A stretch of 63,767 bases of DNA, filler included, from Chiloscyllium plagiosum (Eukaryota): NCBI RefSeq assembly GCF_004010195.1. It is 16 parts of 16 records of this genome, joined end to end, with 100 filler letters (N's around TTAATTAATTAA, not from the genome) between each part and the next. Parts side by side here need not be neighbours in the genome. Positions count along the whole stretch, not along the records: positions 12,313 to 13,721 come from NW_025153319.1; positions 13,822 to 23,921 come from NW_025205124.1; 14 more parts are not named here. One strand, written 5' to 3'. This document shows, piece after piece, positions 12,972-24,021 of this stretch. The notes beneath the pieces are model-generated. The model was not told the origin of the DNA. It made no database searches and saw only the letters and a program-made list of their open reading frames with translations. Each line of letters begins with the position of its first letter. Position 1 is the stretch's first letter. A program made the position numbers and the translations under genes.

Positions 12972-13640
12972 CCCACTGATAGAGCTGGGCCTCTGCCAGG
13001 CTGCTGTGTGCAACTCGACAGTCGTATTGATCCTCATCCCCAGCATTGATCCCAATCTCTTTCTGGATCTGATGGGTCCCATCATGGTTCGGTCAAACTC
13101 CCGAGGATTGGGTCCCAGACATGACCTCTCCATTCCTTAGCCAGGTCACCTCGATGTCTACAGGATCAAACCCAGTGACCAGGCAGGAGAGAGTGAGCGG
13201 CTTGTCCTGACCATTGGGCTCCCCCCTGGAGATGAACACTTCAGGCTGAACTGTGATGGGAAAGGGTGAAAACACAAACAACAGAGAGACACTGAATGGA
13301 ATGGGAGAGGTTTCATAGATCAGTGAGGTTAGATCAGAACATGGAGCAAAACAGAAATACATACTTTTCCTTTCAAAATATTCCTTTCCAACTCGCAAGT
13401 ATTTATTTAAAAGGTCGAATAGTTCTGTTTCCAATTGCCATTTCCAATAGTTATTCCAGGATTCATCTGAATCCCATTTCACTTTAGTCATTCTTGCAAA
13501 GTGATTGGATGCAATCCATTTCATTCTGTCTGGTTCTAAATTGATAAAATCCTTCCCATCAAATCCAAATCTCATTGACCTCTTCACTGAACCATCTTCA
13601 CTGACCTCAAGAGTGCGTATCCATTGGAGAGTGTGAATTC
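12972..13640 (-). pseudogene. Non-classical MHC class I alpha2 (13365-13640) + alpha3 (12972-13250), copy 2, nonsense codon in alpha3
   Basis: Paralog of copy 1; CGA>TGA at 13093-13095 (GV*PNHDG); alpha2 again lacks both Cys. Confidence 0.87.
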
Positions 13641-14559
13641 CTGTCAATGACAAAACAGGGATTGATCATCAATAATTAATAGATTATTACACACTGTCTG
13701 GTTTGAGGGAAAAGCAGAAGGNNNNNNNNNNNNNNNNNNNNNNNNNNNNNNNNNNNNNNNNNNNNTTAATTAATTAANNNNNNNNNNNNNNNNNNNNNNN
13801 NNNNNNNNNNNNNNNNNNNNNTATCTGGTGTTCAATCCTGCAGAAAGCTGAGAGAAGGATAGAAAATGCAGGAGTGAAATTGAACAAGACCAGAGGAAGG
13901 CAAAGAACTGACAGGATGAAATGGAATAATAGAATTTACAGTACAGAAGGAGGCTATTCAACCCATCATGTCTGTGCTGGTTCTAGAAAGAGCTGTCCAG
14001 CCAGTCCCACTCTCCAGACTGATCTCTGTTGCTCTCTAACTTCATCAATTTCAAATATACACAATGAAACCTTCAACAGAATCCACCTCCACCATCCTGT
14101 CAGGCAGCATGTTCCAAATCTTAACAACTCTCTTCGTAAAGACATTCCTCCCCATCTCACTCCTAGCTGTCTTGCTGACCATCTTGAAATTTTTACCCAT
14201 AGTTACAGACATACCAACTCATGGAAACGGAATATCCTCCTTAACGCTGTCAAAATTGTTCAAAACAGTGAACAACTCTATAAGATCACCACTTAATCTT
14301 CTCTGCTCAGAGCAGAAGAAGCCCAATCTCTCTAAGCTTTCCTTGTATCGAAAATCCCTCATTCCTGGTATTATTCCAATAAAACTCCTTTGAAGTCTCT
14401 CCAGGGTTTTAATATTGTTCTTTAAATAAGGTGCTCAGATCTGAACACAATCCTCCAAATCTGGTCTGATCAGTGATTTATAGAGGTGGAGCATCAGTTC
14501 CTTGCTTTTATACTTTATTCACTATTTTAAAACCCACAGATCCTGTAAGCTTATAACTA

Positions 14560-16540
14560 ACAATGCAATAAGGGGTTAGAAGATGAAATACGAGAAGATG
14601 AAATGCCAGCTGGTAATATAAAAGAAGATTGCAAGACTGTTTAATTTGTCGAAATATAAAAGCTAAGAGGAAGACAAGACTGGATGTTGGACTGCTGGAA
14701 AATGAGGCTGGAGAAGTACTAATGGGGAACAAGGAAATGGCAGAGGATCTGAATAGAGACTTTACATCAGTCTTCATGGTGGAAGACACCAGTAGTATAC
14801 CAGAACTTAAAGAGATTCAGAGGCAGAGATGAGAGTAATGGTTATCACTGAGGAGAAGGTGCTGGGGAAGCTGAAAGTTCTGAGATGGATAGATCAACCG
14901 GACTGGATAGGCTACACCCCAGAGTTTGAAGGAGATAGCTGAGCAGATTGTGGAAGCATTGGTGGTGATCTTTCAGGAATCACTGGAGTCAGGGAGAGTC
15001 CAAGAGGACTGTAAATTGGTTAATGTAACTCCACTGTTTAGGAAAGGAGGGAAGCAGAAGATGGGAAATTATAGGCTGGTTAGTCTGACCTCAGTCATGA
15101 GTAAGATTGTAGACTTCAGTTTAAGGATGAGATTGCAGGTGAGTTGGAAGTGCATGGTCAAGTCGGGCTGTGTCAGCATGGCTTCATCAAGGTGAGGCCT
15201 GACAAATCTGTTTGAATTCTTGGAGGAAGGAATGAACAAGTTAGATAAAGGAGAGCCAGTGGACGTGATTTATTTGGATTTACAGACAGAATTTGACAAA
15301 GTGCCATACATGAGGCTACTGAAGAAGAGAAGAGCCCATGGTGTTAGAGGCAAGGTCTTGGCATGGATAGAAGATTGGCTGCCTGGCAGAAGGCAGAGAG
15401 TGGGATAAAAGGATCTTTTTCAGGATGGCAACCAGTGACTAGTGTGGTCCTGCAAAGGGACTACAGCTATTCACCAAAAATGAGTGATTAATTAATGATC
15501 TGGACAAAGGATCTGATGGCATTGCTGCCAAATCTGCAGGCAAACCAAAGATAAGTGGAGGGACAGGTCGTGTTGAGGAAGTGGAGAAGCTGAAGAAGTA
15601 GTTGATCAGGCTCAGAGAGTGGACAAAGAAGTGGCAGATGGCAGAGAGTGGGATAAAAGGATCTTTTTCAGGATGGCAACCAGTGACTAGTGTGGTCCTG
15701 CAAAGGGACTACAGCTATTCACCAAAAATGAGTGATTAATTAATGATCTGGACAAAGGATCTGATGGCATTGCTGCCAAATCTACAGGCAACACAAAGAT
15801 AAGTGGAGGGACAGGTCGTGTTGAGGAAGTGGAGAAGCTGAAGAAGTAGTTGATCAGGCTCAGAGAATGGACAAATAAGTGGCAGATGGAATACAATGTG
15901 GGAAAGTGTGAGCTTATGCACTTTAGTAAGAAGGATAAAGGCATAGACTGTTTTCTAAATGAGGAAAGGATTCAGAAATCTGAATCACAAAGGAGTCATA
16001 ATCAGGTTTTTCTTAACGTTAGCATGTTGGTTCAGTTGGCAGTTAGGAGCACAAATGCAATGTCAGCATTCATTTCAAGAAGGCTAGAACACAAGAAAAG
16101 AGATGTACTGCTGAAGCTGTATAATGCTCTGGTCAGAACACAATTCATGTATTGTGAGTAGTTTTGGGCCCTGTATATAAGGAAGAATGTGCAGGCATTG
16201 GAGGGAGTACAGAAGAGTTTTACAAGAATGATCTTAGGGATGAAGGGCTATGATATGAGGAACAGTTGAGGACTCGATGGAGTTTAGAAGGATGAGGGGA
16301 ATCTCACTGTAACTTACAGAATACTGAGAGACTTGTCTAGAGTGGACACGGAGAAAATGTTTCCAACGGGGGAAGAGACCGGGCCATGACAGCACAGCCT
16401 CAGAGTGAAGGGAAGACCATTTTGAACTGAGATAAGGAGGAATTGCTTCCGCCATAGGGTTGTGAATCTGTGGAACTCACTGCAGAAAGATATGGAGGCC
16501 CTGTCATTGAGTGTACTTCACACAGAGGTAGCTAGGATCT
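14560..16540 (+). mobile_element. Degenerate CR1-type LINE ORF2 in the kappa J-C intron
   Basis: NVTPLFRKGGKQKMGNYRLVSLTS, VDVIYLD...FDKVP and WQMEYNVGKC motifs; homologous copy at 48740-50590. Confidence 0.85.
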
Positions 16541-16789
16541 GAATGCTTCCCACCATGAGAGCAGGAAGTGTGGTCAGTGACAGCAGTTGAAGCTCCGGGT
16601 TTCGGAGCTTGAGCAGCAGCTGGTGTCAGTGCGGAGCATCCGTGAGGCTGAGAGCACCGTGGAGAGCACGTTTCGAAATATGGTCACTCTGCATTTTCAG
16701 AGTATGCAGGGAGAGAGGGAATGGGGGAGCAGCAGACAGTCCAAGAGGACCAAGCAGCTAGTACAGGATTTCCCTGAGTGCATCCCACT

Positions 16790-17610
16790 AACCATTAGCC
16801 CAGTACTCTTTATTCCTGATGCACCTTCCAAAATGAATCATCTCACACTTCTCGGCATTAAACTCCATTTGTCACCTCTCATACCACCTCTGCAGCTTAT
16901 CTATATACCTGTGTAATATACAATATCCTTCGTCATTATCCACAACTACACTGACCTCAGTGTCATTCGCAAATTTACTAACCCATCCTTCTGCACCCTC
17001 ATCGAGCTCATTTATAAAAATGACAATTAACAATGACCCCAAAACAGATCCTTGTAGTACACCACTAGTAACTGAACTGCAGGATGAACATTTTCCATCA
17101 ACCACCACCCTCTGTCTTCTTTCAGCAAGCCAATTTCTGATCCAAACCGCTAAACCACCCTCAATCTCATGCCTCTATATTTTGTGCAATAGCCTACTCT
17201 GAGGAACCTTATGAAATGCCTTACTGAAATTCATATACACCATAGGGGAGTGCATTCCACTCCCCTAATACTCTCTGAATAAAGAAACTACCTCTGATAT
17301 CTGTCCTATATCTATCATCCCTCAATTTGAAGCAATGTCCCCTCATGCTATAACATCCTAGTCAATCTCCTCTGAACCCTTTCCAAAGCTTCCACATCCT
17401 CCCGATAATGCTGTGACCAGAACTGTACACAATACCCCAAGTGCGGCCGCACCAGAGTTTTGTACAGCTGCAACATAACCTCATGGCTCTGAAACTCAAT
17501 CGCTCTGCCAATAAAAGCTAACACACCTTATACCTTCTTAACAACCCTAACAACCTGGGTAGCAACTTTCAGGAATCTATGTATATGGACACCGAGATCT
17601 CTCTGCTCAC
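16790..17610 (-). mobile_element. CR1-type LINE RT fragments
   Basis: VTSGVLQGSVLGSLL and VSKFANDT motifs. Confidence 0.8.
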
Positions 17611-18436
17611 ATGTCAGTGATGAAGGTGGATCGGAGAAGTTGGGACTGTCTTCCTTGGAGAAGAGAAGGCTGAGAGGAGGTTTGTTCAAGGAACTCAGCA
17701 TCACGAGGGGTTTGGATACAGTAAATAGGGAGAAAATGTTCCCAATCAGGAGAAGGACTGAGTGCGAGAGGCCACAGATTGAAAGTAATTGTTCAAAGAA
17801 ACAAAAGTAAAATGAGGAAAAAACATTTTCAGCCAGTGAGTGGTTAAGGTGTGGAATGCACTGCCTGAGAGTGTGGTGGAGGCAGCTTCAATTGAAACAT
17901 TCTGAAGGGACTGAGACTATTATTTGAAAAGGAACAATGTGCAGGGTGACAGGGAGAAGGCTGGAGAATGACACTCGATAAATTGCTCATTCAGAGAACC
18001 AGTACAGACAGGATGGGCAGAGTGGTCTCCTTGTGCAGTGGAACAATTCTGTGATTGTGTGGTTGAGCAGAGTTAAAACTGGGGGAGGTGGGAGCTCGGT
18101 GTCTCATTGTGCTGCTGCTGCTGCTGCTGCTGCTGAGATCAGTGAGATCAGAGACTGGGACAGGGAGCCAGAGCTCACATCAAACTCTGCCCGTGTCCGA
18201 CACACTGAAACTGGCAGGAGGCTACTCACTGATTTCAGTCCATGCTGCAGGAATGGGACCACAGGCTGCAAATGGACAGAGCTCCTCCACACGGTGAGTA
18301 AAACTAACTGACTTACATCTTGCTGCTTAAAGGGGCAATGGAACTAAAGAAATATAGCTGGACACCCTGTTAGACACAGTGTTCCTCAATCAACCATTTT
18401 ATTCACTGCAGCTCCCCACTTACACCTTCAACAATT

Positions 18437-19358
18437 GGAGGGTGGTACAATTGCAACATTTAAGAGGCATTTGGATGGATTATGAATAGGAAGGGTTTGG
18501 AGGGATATGGGCCAAAATACAAAGTACTTTCCAAAGTATAAAGGGATCTGGGAGTGCTAGTCGAGGCTTCTCTAAAGGTAAACATGCAGGTTGAGTCCGT
18601 GATTAAGAAAGCGAATGCAATGTTGTCATTTATCTCAAGAGGGTTGGAATATAAAAGCACCGTTGTGCTACTGAGACTTTATAGAGCTCTGGTTAGGCTC
18701 CGTTTGGAGTACTGTGTCCAGTTTTGATCCCCACACCTCAGGAAGGACATACTGGCACTGGAGCGTGTCCAGCGGAGATTCACACGGATGATCCCTGGAA
18801 TGACAGGTCTAACATATGAGGAACGGCTGAGGATACTGGGATTGTATTCGTTGGAGTTTAGAAGATTAAGGGGAGACTTAATAGAGACGTACAAAATAAT
18901 ACATGGCCTGGAAAAGGTGGATGCTAGGAAATTGTTCCAGTTAAACGAGGAGACTAGGACCCGTGGACACAGCCTTAGAATTAGAGGGGGTCATTTCAGA
19001 ACAGAAATGCGGAGGCATTTCTTCAGCCAGAGAGTGGTGGGCCTGTGGAATTCATTGCCGCAGAGTGCAGTGGAGGCCGGGACTCTAAATGTCTTCAAAG
19101 CAGAGATTGCTAAATTCTTGATGTCACAAGGAATTAAGGGCTACGGGGAGAATGCGGGTAAGTGGAGTTGAAATGCCCATCAGCCATGATTGAATGGTGG
19201 AGTGGACTTGATGGGCCGAATGGCCTTACTTCCACTCCTATGTCTTATGGGCCGGACTAGGTTGGACTAGATTGGATTGGGATATCTGGTCGGCATGGAT
19301 GGGTTGTACCAAAGGGTCTGTTTCCATGCTGTACATCGCTATGACTTTATGACTCTAT
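18437..19358 (+). mobile_element. Nested CR1 3' fragments inserted in the J-C intron of this cluster only
   Basis: The paralog (33860-33910) has the empty site ...caattcagcatttg; ORF 18788-19171 is a CR1 ORF2 C-terminus. Confidence 0.8.
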
Positions 19359-19421
19359 AATTCAGCATTTGTGTTTTAGAAAGTTTCAGTGCTTAATAAC
19401 AGAGGATTGAGGTTAACTTAC

Positions 19422-19456
19422 TCAGTCTGAGCTTGGTTCCTTTACCGAACGTGTAC
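19422..19456 (-). CDS. IGKJ: Ig kappa J segment (YTFGKGTKLRL), unrearranged
   Basis: FGxG motif; |gtaagt donor at 19416-19421; flanked by a 23-RSS. Confidence 0.92.
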
Positions 19457-19495
19457 CACACTGAGAGCTCCCAGTGCAGAAGCTGTACAAAAACC
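19457..19495 (+). promoter_or_regulatory. J-kappa recombination signal, 23-bp spacer
   Basis: CACACTG + 23 bp + ACAAAAACC. Confidence 0.9.
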
Positions 19496-19911
19496 TCTCC
19501 TCTCTGCTTCCCTCCATCACTTTCACCCTCTTCCTGTCCATCTCTCATTTACCCTCAGCCTCTCCCTGCCCCTCTCTGTCTCTCCCTCATTCATGTCTTT
19601 CTTTCTCTCTGTTTCTCTCATTCTGTTTCTCTCTCTGTGGTGTGTCCAGCTGGGCTCGGACGGTTTGTGAACTATATTTTTCATTGTTAAATCTTGCAGC
19701 TGTTCTTCACATGTGGCCATGGAGTGTAAGGGGGAAACTTGAGGCCTTCAGTGAGTGGTGGACACCACAGGGACTGGAGTGTGTAGTGAACAGTGACAAT
19801 CCCGGCATGGGGTAATTTGTTCAGTTTCATTTATATCTAACTATGTGTATTGGTGGTGGAGGTAGGGTTATGTGTCCATCATTACATACAACATGGTGCT
19901 GTGTGTTTTGA

Positions 19912-19939
19912 GGTTTTTATACGGCTCTGTATCACTGGG
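19912..19939 (-). promoter_or_regulatory. V-kappa recombination signal, 12-bp spacer, mutated heptamer
   Basis: CCCAGTG + atacagagccgt (12) + ATAAAAACC. Confidence 0.85.
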
Positions 19940-20471
19940 AAGGTCTGGTGTAACGCTGCATACAGTAATAGTCAGCGACATCCTCATTCTGAACGTTGCT
20001 GATTGTCAGGGTGTAACTGGTCCCTGATCCACTGCCGGTGAATCGCTCGGAGACTCCTGTGAATCGAGTTGTTGCATCATAGATCAGGAGAGAGGGTTTC
20101 TGACCTTCTCGCTGCTGGTACCAAGCAAGGTAGCTGCTAATGTCTTCACTGGCCGTACAGGTGATGGTTGTGGTCTGGCCCAGTCCCACTGACAGCACCG
20201 GGGAAGACTGGGTCATGATGATGTCCCCACTGATACCTGAGGGGTCAGAGAGAATCACAGTGAAGTCAGAACTGTCACAGAAAGAGCCTGTCAAATGAGA
20301 GATTGTTGGAGACATTGAGCTTTCCTCTGGTTTCAGCATTTTCCCTTCAATCACAAGTCAGTGGAATTGAAGAGAAATGGAGAGCAGCTAAAGATTCAAG
20401 GTGGAAGGAGAGAGATTTGTACCTGCGACACAGAATGCCAGGGGCCAGATCAGCTGGATGTGTGAAATCAT
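19940..20471 (-). CDS. IGKV: Ig kappa (NS4-type) leader (20423-20471) + V exon (19940-20236), unrearranged, open frame
   Basis: [16 protein letters not shown]|[53 protein letters not shown]...[14 protein letters not shown]; GT/AG intron. Confidence 0.93.
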
Positions 20472-20530
20472 GGTGTGTGCCCTTGTCCCTGGGCCTGGTT
20501 CCTGATAAACTCTCCCTTCACTGGGCTCTA

Positions 20531-20585
20531 CTTTATAAAGCTGCAGCCTGTGAGAGTCTGACTGGGTGTTCCTCAGTATGTAAAT
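20531..20585 (-). promoter_or_regulatory. V-kappa promoter: TATA box and octamer variant ATTTACAT
   Basis: TATAAA at ~20532-20537 and ATTTACAT at 20578-20585 on the coding strand; identical arrangement at 33139-33192. Confidence 0.6.
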
Positions 20586-21572
20586 GGCATCAGGCAGAGA
20601 GAGCCACGTCAGCCCCTCACACTTCCTCTTCTCTCTTTCTCTCTCTCTGTCTCAGAGAGTCATTGATGTGAACAGCACTGAATGAGGCCATTTGGGCCAT
20701 TGTATCTGTGCTAGACAACAAAGACCTTGACAAACTAATCCCATTTTCCCGCTCTTGTTCCATAGTCCTGGAGGCTACAGCAACACAAGGGAATATCTAA
20801 ACACTGCTCCAATGTCACGAGAGTTTGTGACTCAACCAGCCTTTCAGGCAGTGAGTTCCAGACTCCCACCACCCTCTGGGTGAAAACATTTCTCCTCAAC
20901 TCTCCTCTCATTCTCCAACTCCACTGGGCCTAGACTCACTCGTGTTCGGAAGGATAAGAGGGGATCTGATTGAAATGTATAACATTCTAACAGGGCTGGG
21001 CAGGGAGGAGGTTTCCCCTGATTGGGAATTCTGGAACCAGGGGACCCAGACTTGGGGGATACAAGGTTGACCATTTAGGGCTGAGATGAGGAAACATTTC
21101 TTCACTCTGAGGGTAGTCAACCTGTTAAATTCTGTACCTACAATGCAGACGGCTATGGAGGAGAGGGAATTGAATGTATTTCAGATTATTGTTTTGCCTT
21201 TTCACAGCATGAAGGGAATGGGGAGAAAGCAGGAATATGGCTTTGAGNNNNNNNNNNNNNNNNNNNNNNNNNNNNNNNNNNNNNNNNNNNNNNNNNNNNN
21301 NNNNNNNNNNNNNNNNNNNNNNNNNNNNNNNNNNNNNNNNNNNNNNNNNNNNNNNNNNNNNNNNNNNNNNNNNNNNNNNNNNNNNNNNNNNNNNNNNNNN
21401 NNNNNNNNNNNNNNNNNNNNNNNNNNNNNNNNNNNNNNNNNNNNNNNNNNNNNNNNNNNNNNNNNNNNNNNNNNNNNNNNNNNNNNNNNNNNNNNNNNNN
21501 NNNNNNNNNNNNNNNNNNNNNNNNNNNNNNNNNNNNNNNNNNNNNNNNNNNNNNNNNNNNNNNNNNNNNNNN

Positions 21573-21628
<56 letters not shown>

Positions 21629-22394
21629 TTCAACCCTACCGTCTCTCTCTTGATTCCCTTCACTCTTGGTCTCACATCTCCCTGGTCTCTTTCTGTCTCT
21701 CTCTCCGTCCCTCTCAGTCACGCTGTCTCCCACTCTATTTCTTGCCCCATATCCTTCAACCTCACCATCTCTACTTCCAGGTCTGCATCTCTCTCACTCC
21801 CTCGACACATCTCACACTATCGCAGACACACCTCCCTCTCTCTCTCTCTCTCACGCACACACTCTCCCTCCAACTCTCATTCTGTCTCTCTTCCCTCTCT
21901 TTCTCACAGTGTCCCAGGTGGTGACAGTTAATTGCAGGGTAAATCTCCCTCTGCTCTGGCCCACTCATGGATGTTAACCCTTGACCCCAGAAGCATGTCT
22001 TCTCCAGGTGTAAGGCCCCATTTCCCACATTGACCAGGCATTAGCCTGTCTCATGATGATGGACAGATTCTTGTTAAATGAAGGGCAGTTCTGTGCTGTT
22101 GGCCTGTTCTCACTGAGGACTGGTTTGGACACAAACCTCATTCCATGAAGGCCCAGCAGAGAGAGGAGATCCTCAGGCCATCAGTGTGAGCTGGGGGGAC
22201 AGGACAGGCTCTGACCCACTGACCCATCCCCTCTATTCACAACATGACCTAATCCCTTCGCTTCTCCTTCCCCTTCCAAGGTCAGGTTCTGGGTCAGGGT
22301 GTTTTACTGGAATGAGGTCAGGACCATCACACAATTGCAACAGAAAGGAACTGAGCCCTACACCCACCATGGTGTCCATGATGCACTGGACTAT

Positions 22395-22740
22395 CCAATG
22401 GAGACCAGTAAACATCGGCCTCCTTTCCACTGAATGTCCAGCAGAGACCAGTATATATGGATTTCCATACCATTGGGTCATCCAATACATATCAGTAAAC
22501 ATGAACCTTCATTACACTGAGCCCTTCAATAGACACTAGTAATCACAGGCCGCCAGCCCACTGGATGCTCCAATAGACTTCAGTAAACATGGATCACCAT
22601 CTCACAAGACACTTCAGTAGAGGCCAGTAAACTAAGGCCTTCTTTGCCCTGGACCTTAACAGTGGAGACCAGTAGACATGAATCCTGTTCCTACTGGATC
22701 TTCCAATATAGACCAGTAAACATGGGCTTCCTTACCATGC
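22395..22740. repeat. Degenerate ~44-bp tandem repeat (8 units) with CAGTAAACA core, ~2 kb upstream of V-kappa
   Basis: Core GTA at 22408, 22451, 22495, 22539, 22583, 22627, 22672 and 22716; inverted paralog at ~31225-31465. Confidence 0.75.
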
Positions 22741-23529
22741 ATCCTCCAGTATCTGAGCTTCAAACCCCACATCCTCTCCATCACTACGTCAGCCCCTTGA
22801 CCGCAGAAATCCTTATTCCTGTTCATCCCACCTCCTAACTCCATAATTCCAGTGTCCTCTCTCACCTTCCTTCCACCTACTCCATAAAGCCCAACTGTCT
22901 GAAATGGAGTGGTCCCTTCCCTGTCTCACAGAAAGAAGGAAATGGGCAGATATTTAATGAGTAATGGGTTAAAGGATGATGGAAAGTTGTCAGGAAAGTT
23001 GTCAGGAAAGTGGAGTTGTGTCTGAGACGGGATCAGCCATGATTGTATTAAATGGTGGAGCGGGCTCGAGGGGCTGAATTGCCTGCTCCTGCTCCTCGTT
23101 CTTATGTTCATCCACCACCCTCCCCCATTCCTCATACTGCAAATTTGTGAAACATCCTGGAATATTTTGGATATTGAAGGTGCGATGTGAATTCAAGATT
23201 TGTGTTGAATTAATGTGGGGACAGAATTATGCAGGGACTGTGATAGCTCCTGCAGTTGAATATCCTGCTGGCAGGCTTCGGCCTTCCACATACAGAAAGG
23301 GAAAGTCGGGGAGGTCAGAATGTGATGTTGGGATCCATGGCACTGTCCCCCAGCAATATGGTTGACCCTTAACTGCCCTCTGAAATGGCCCAGCAAGGCT
23401 CTCAGTTGTACCAATTGTGACGACGTCTCAACAAAGAAATGAAACCAGACGGACTGCCTGGTATCAATCGCAACACAGTAAAGGTATTGACAGAAACAGC
23501 CCTGTCTTCCCTGCTCCATCCTCCTTACT

Positions 23530-23921
23530 GACACCTGGGGACAAGTGCCAAACTTGGGAGAGCTGTCTCACAGACTAGTCACGCAACAGCCTGACACAGT
23601 CATACTCACAGAACCATACCTTACAGACAATGTCCCAGGCACCACCATCACTGTCCCTGCATGTGTCCTGTCCCACCAGAAAGGCAGACCCAGCAGAGCT
23701 GATGACACAGTGGTCTACAGCCAGCAGGGAGTTATCCTGAAAGGCCTCAAAGTTGACTCCGGACCCCATGAAGTCTTATGACCCCAGGTTAAACATGGGC
23801 GAGGAAATCTCCTGGTGATTACAAGATATCTTGCTCCCTCGGCTGATGAATCGGTCTCCTCCATGTTGAACAGCATTTGGAGGAAGCCCTGAGGGTGGTG
23901 ACAGGCACAGAATGTACGCTG
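23530..23921 (+). mobile_element. LINE AP-endonuclease fragment
   Basis: ELSHRLVTQQPDTVILTE-like N-terminal EN motif; the family continues at 29009-29320. Confidence 0.65.
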
Positions 23922-24021
23922 NNNNNNNNNNNNNNNNNNNNNNNNNNNNNNNNNNNNNNNNNNNNTTAATTAATTAANNNNNNNNNNNNNNNNNNNNNNN
24001 NNNNNNNNNNNNNNNNNNNNN

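Noticed and set aside
18088-18297. Signal-peptide-like poly-Leu ORF
   Set aside because: Derived from a CTG repeat; GTG start; the paralog has a 5' frameshift and an earlier stop in this frame.
22395-22740. CRISPR-like periodicity
   Set aside because: Vertebrate DNA, degenerate whole-unit repeats, no cas genes; it is a minisatellite.
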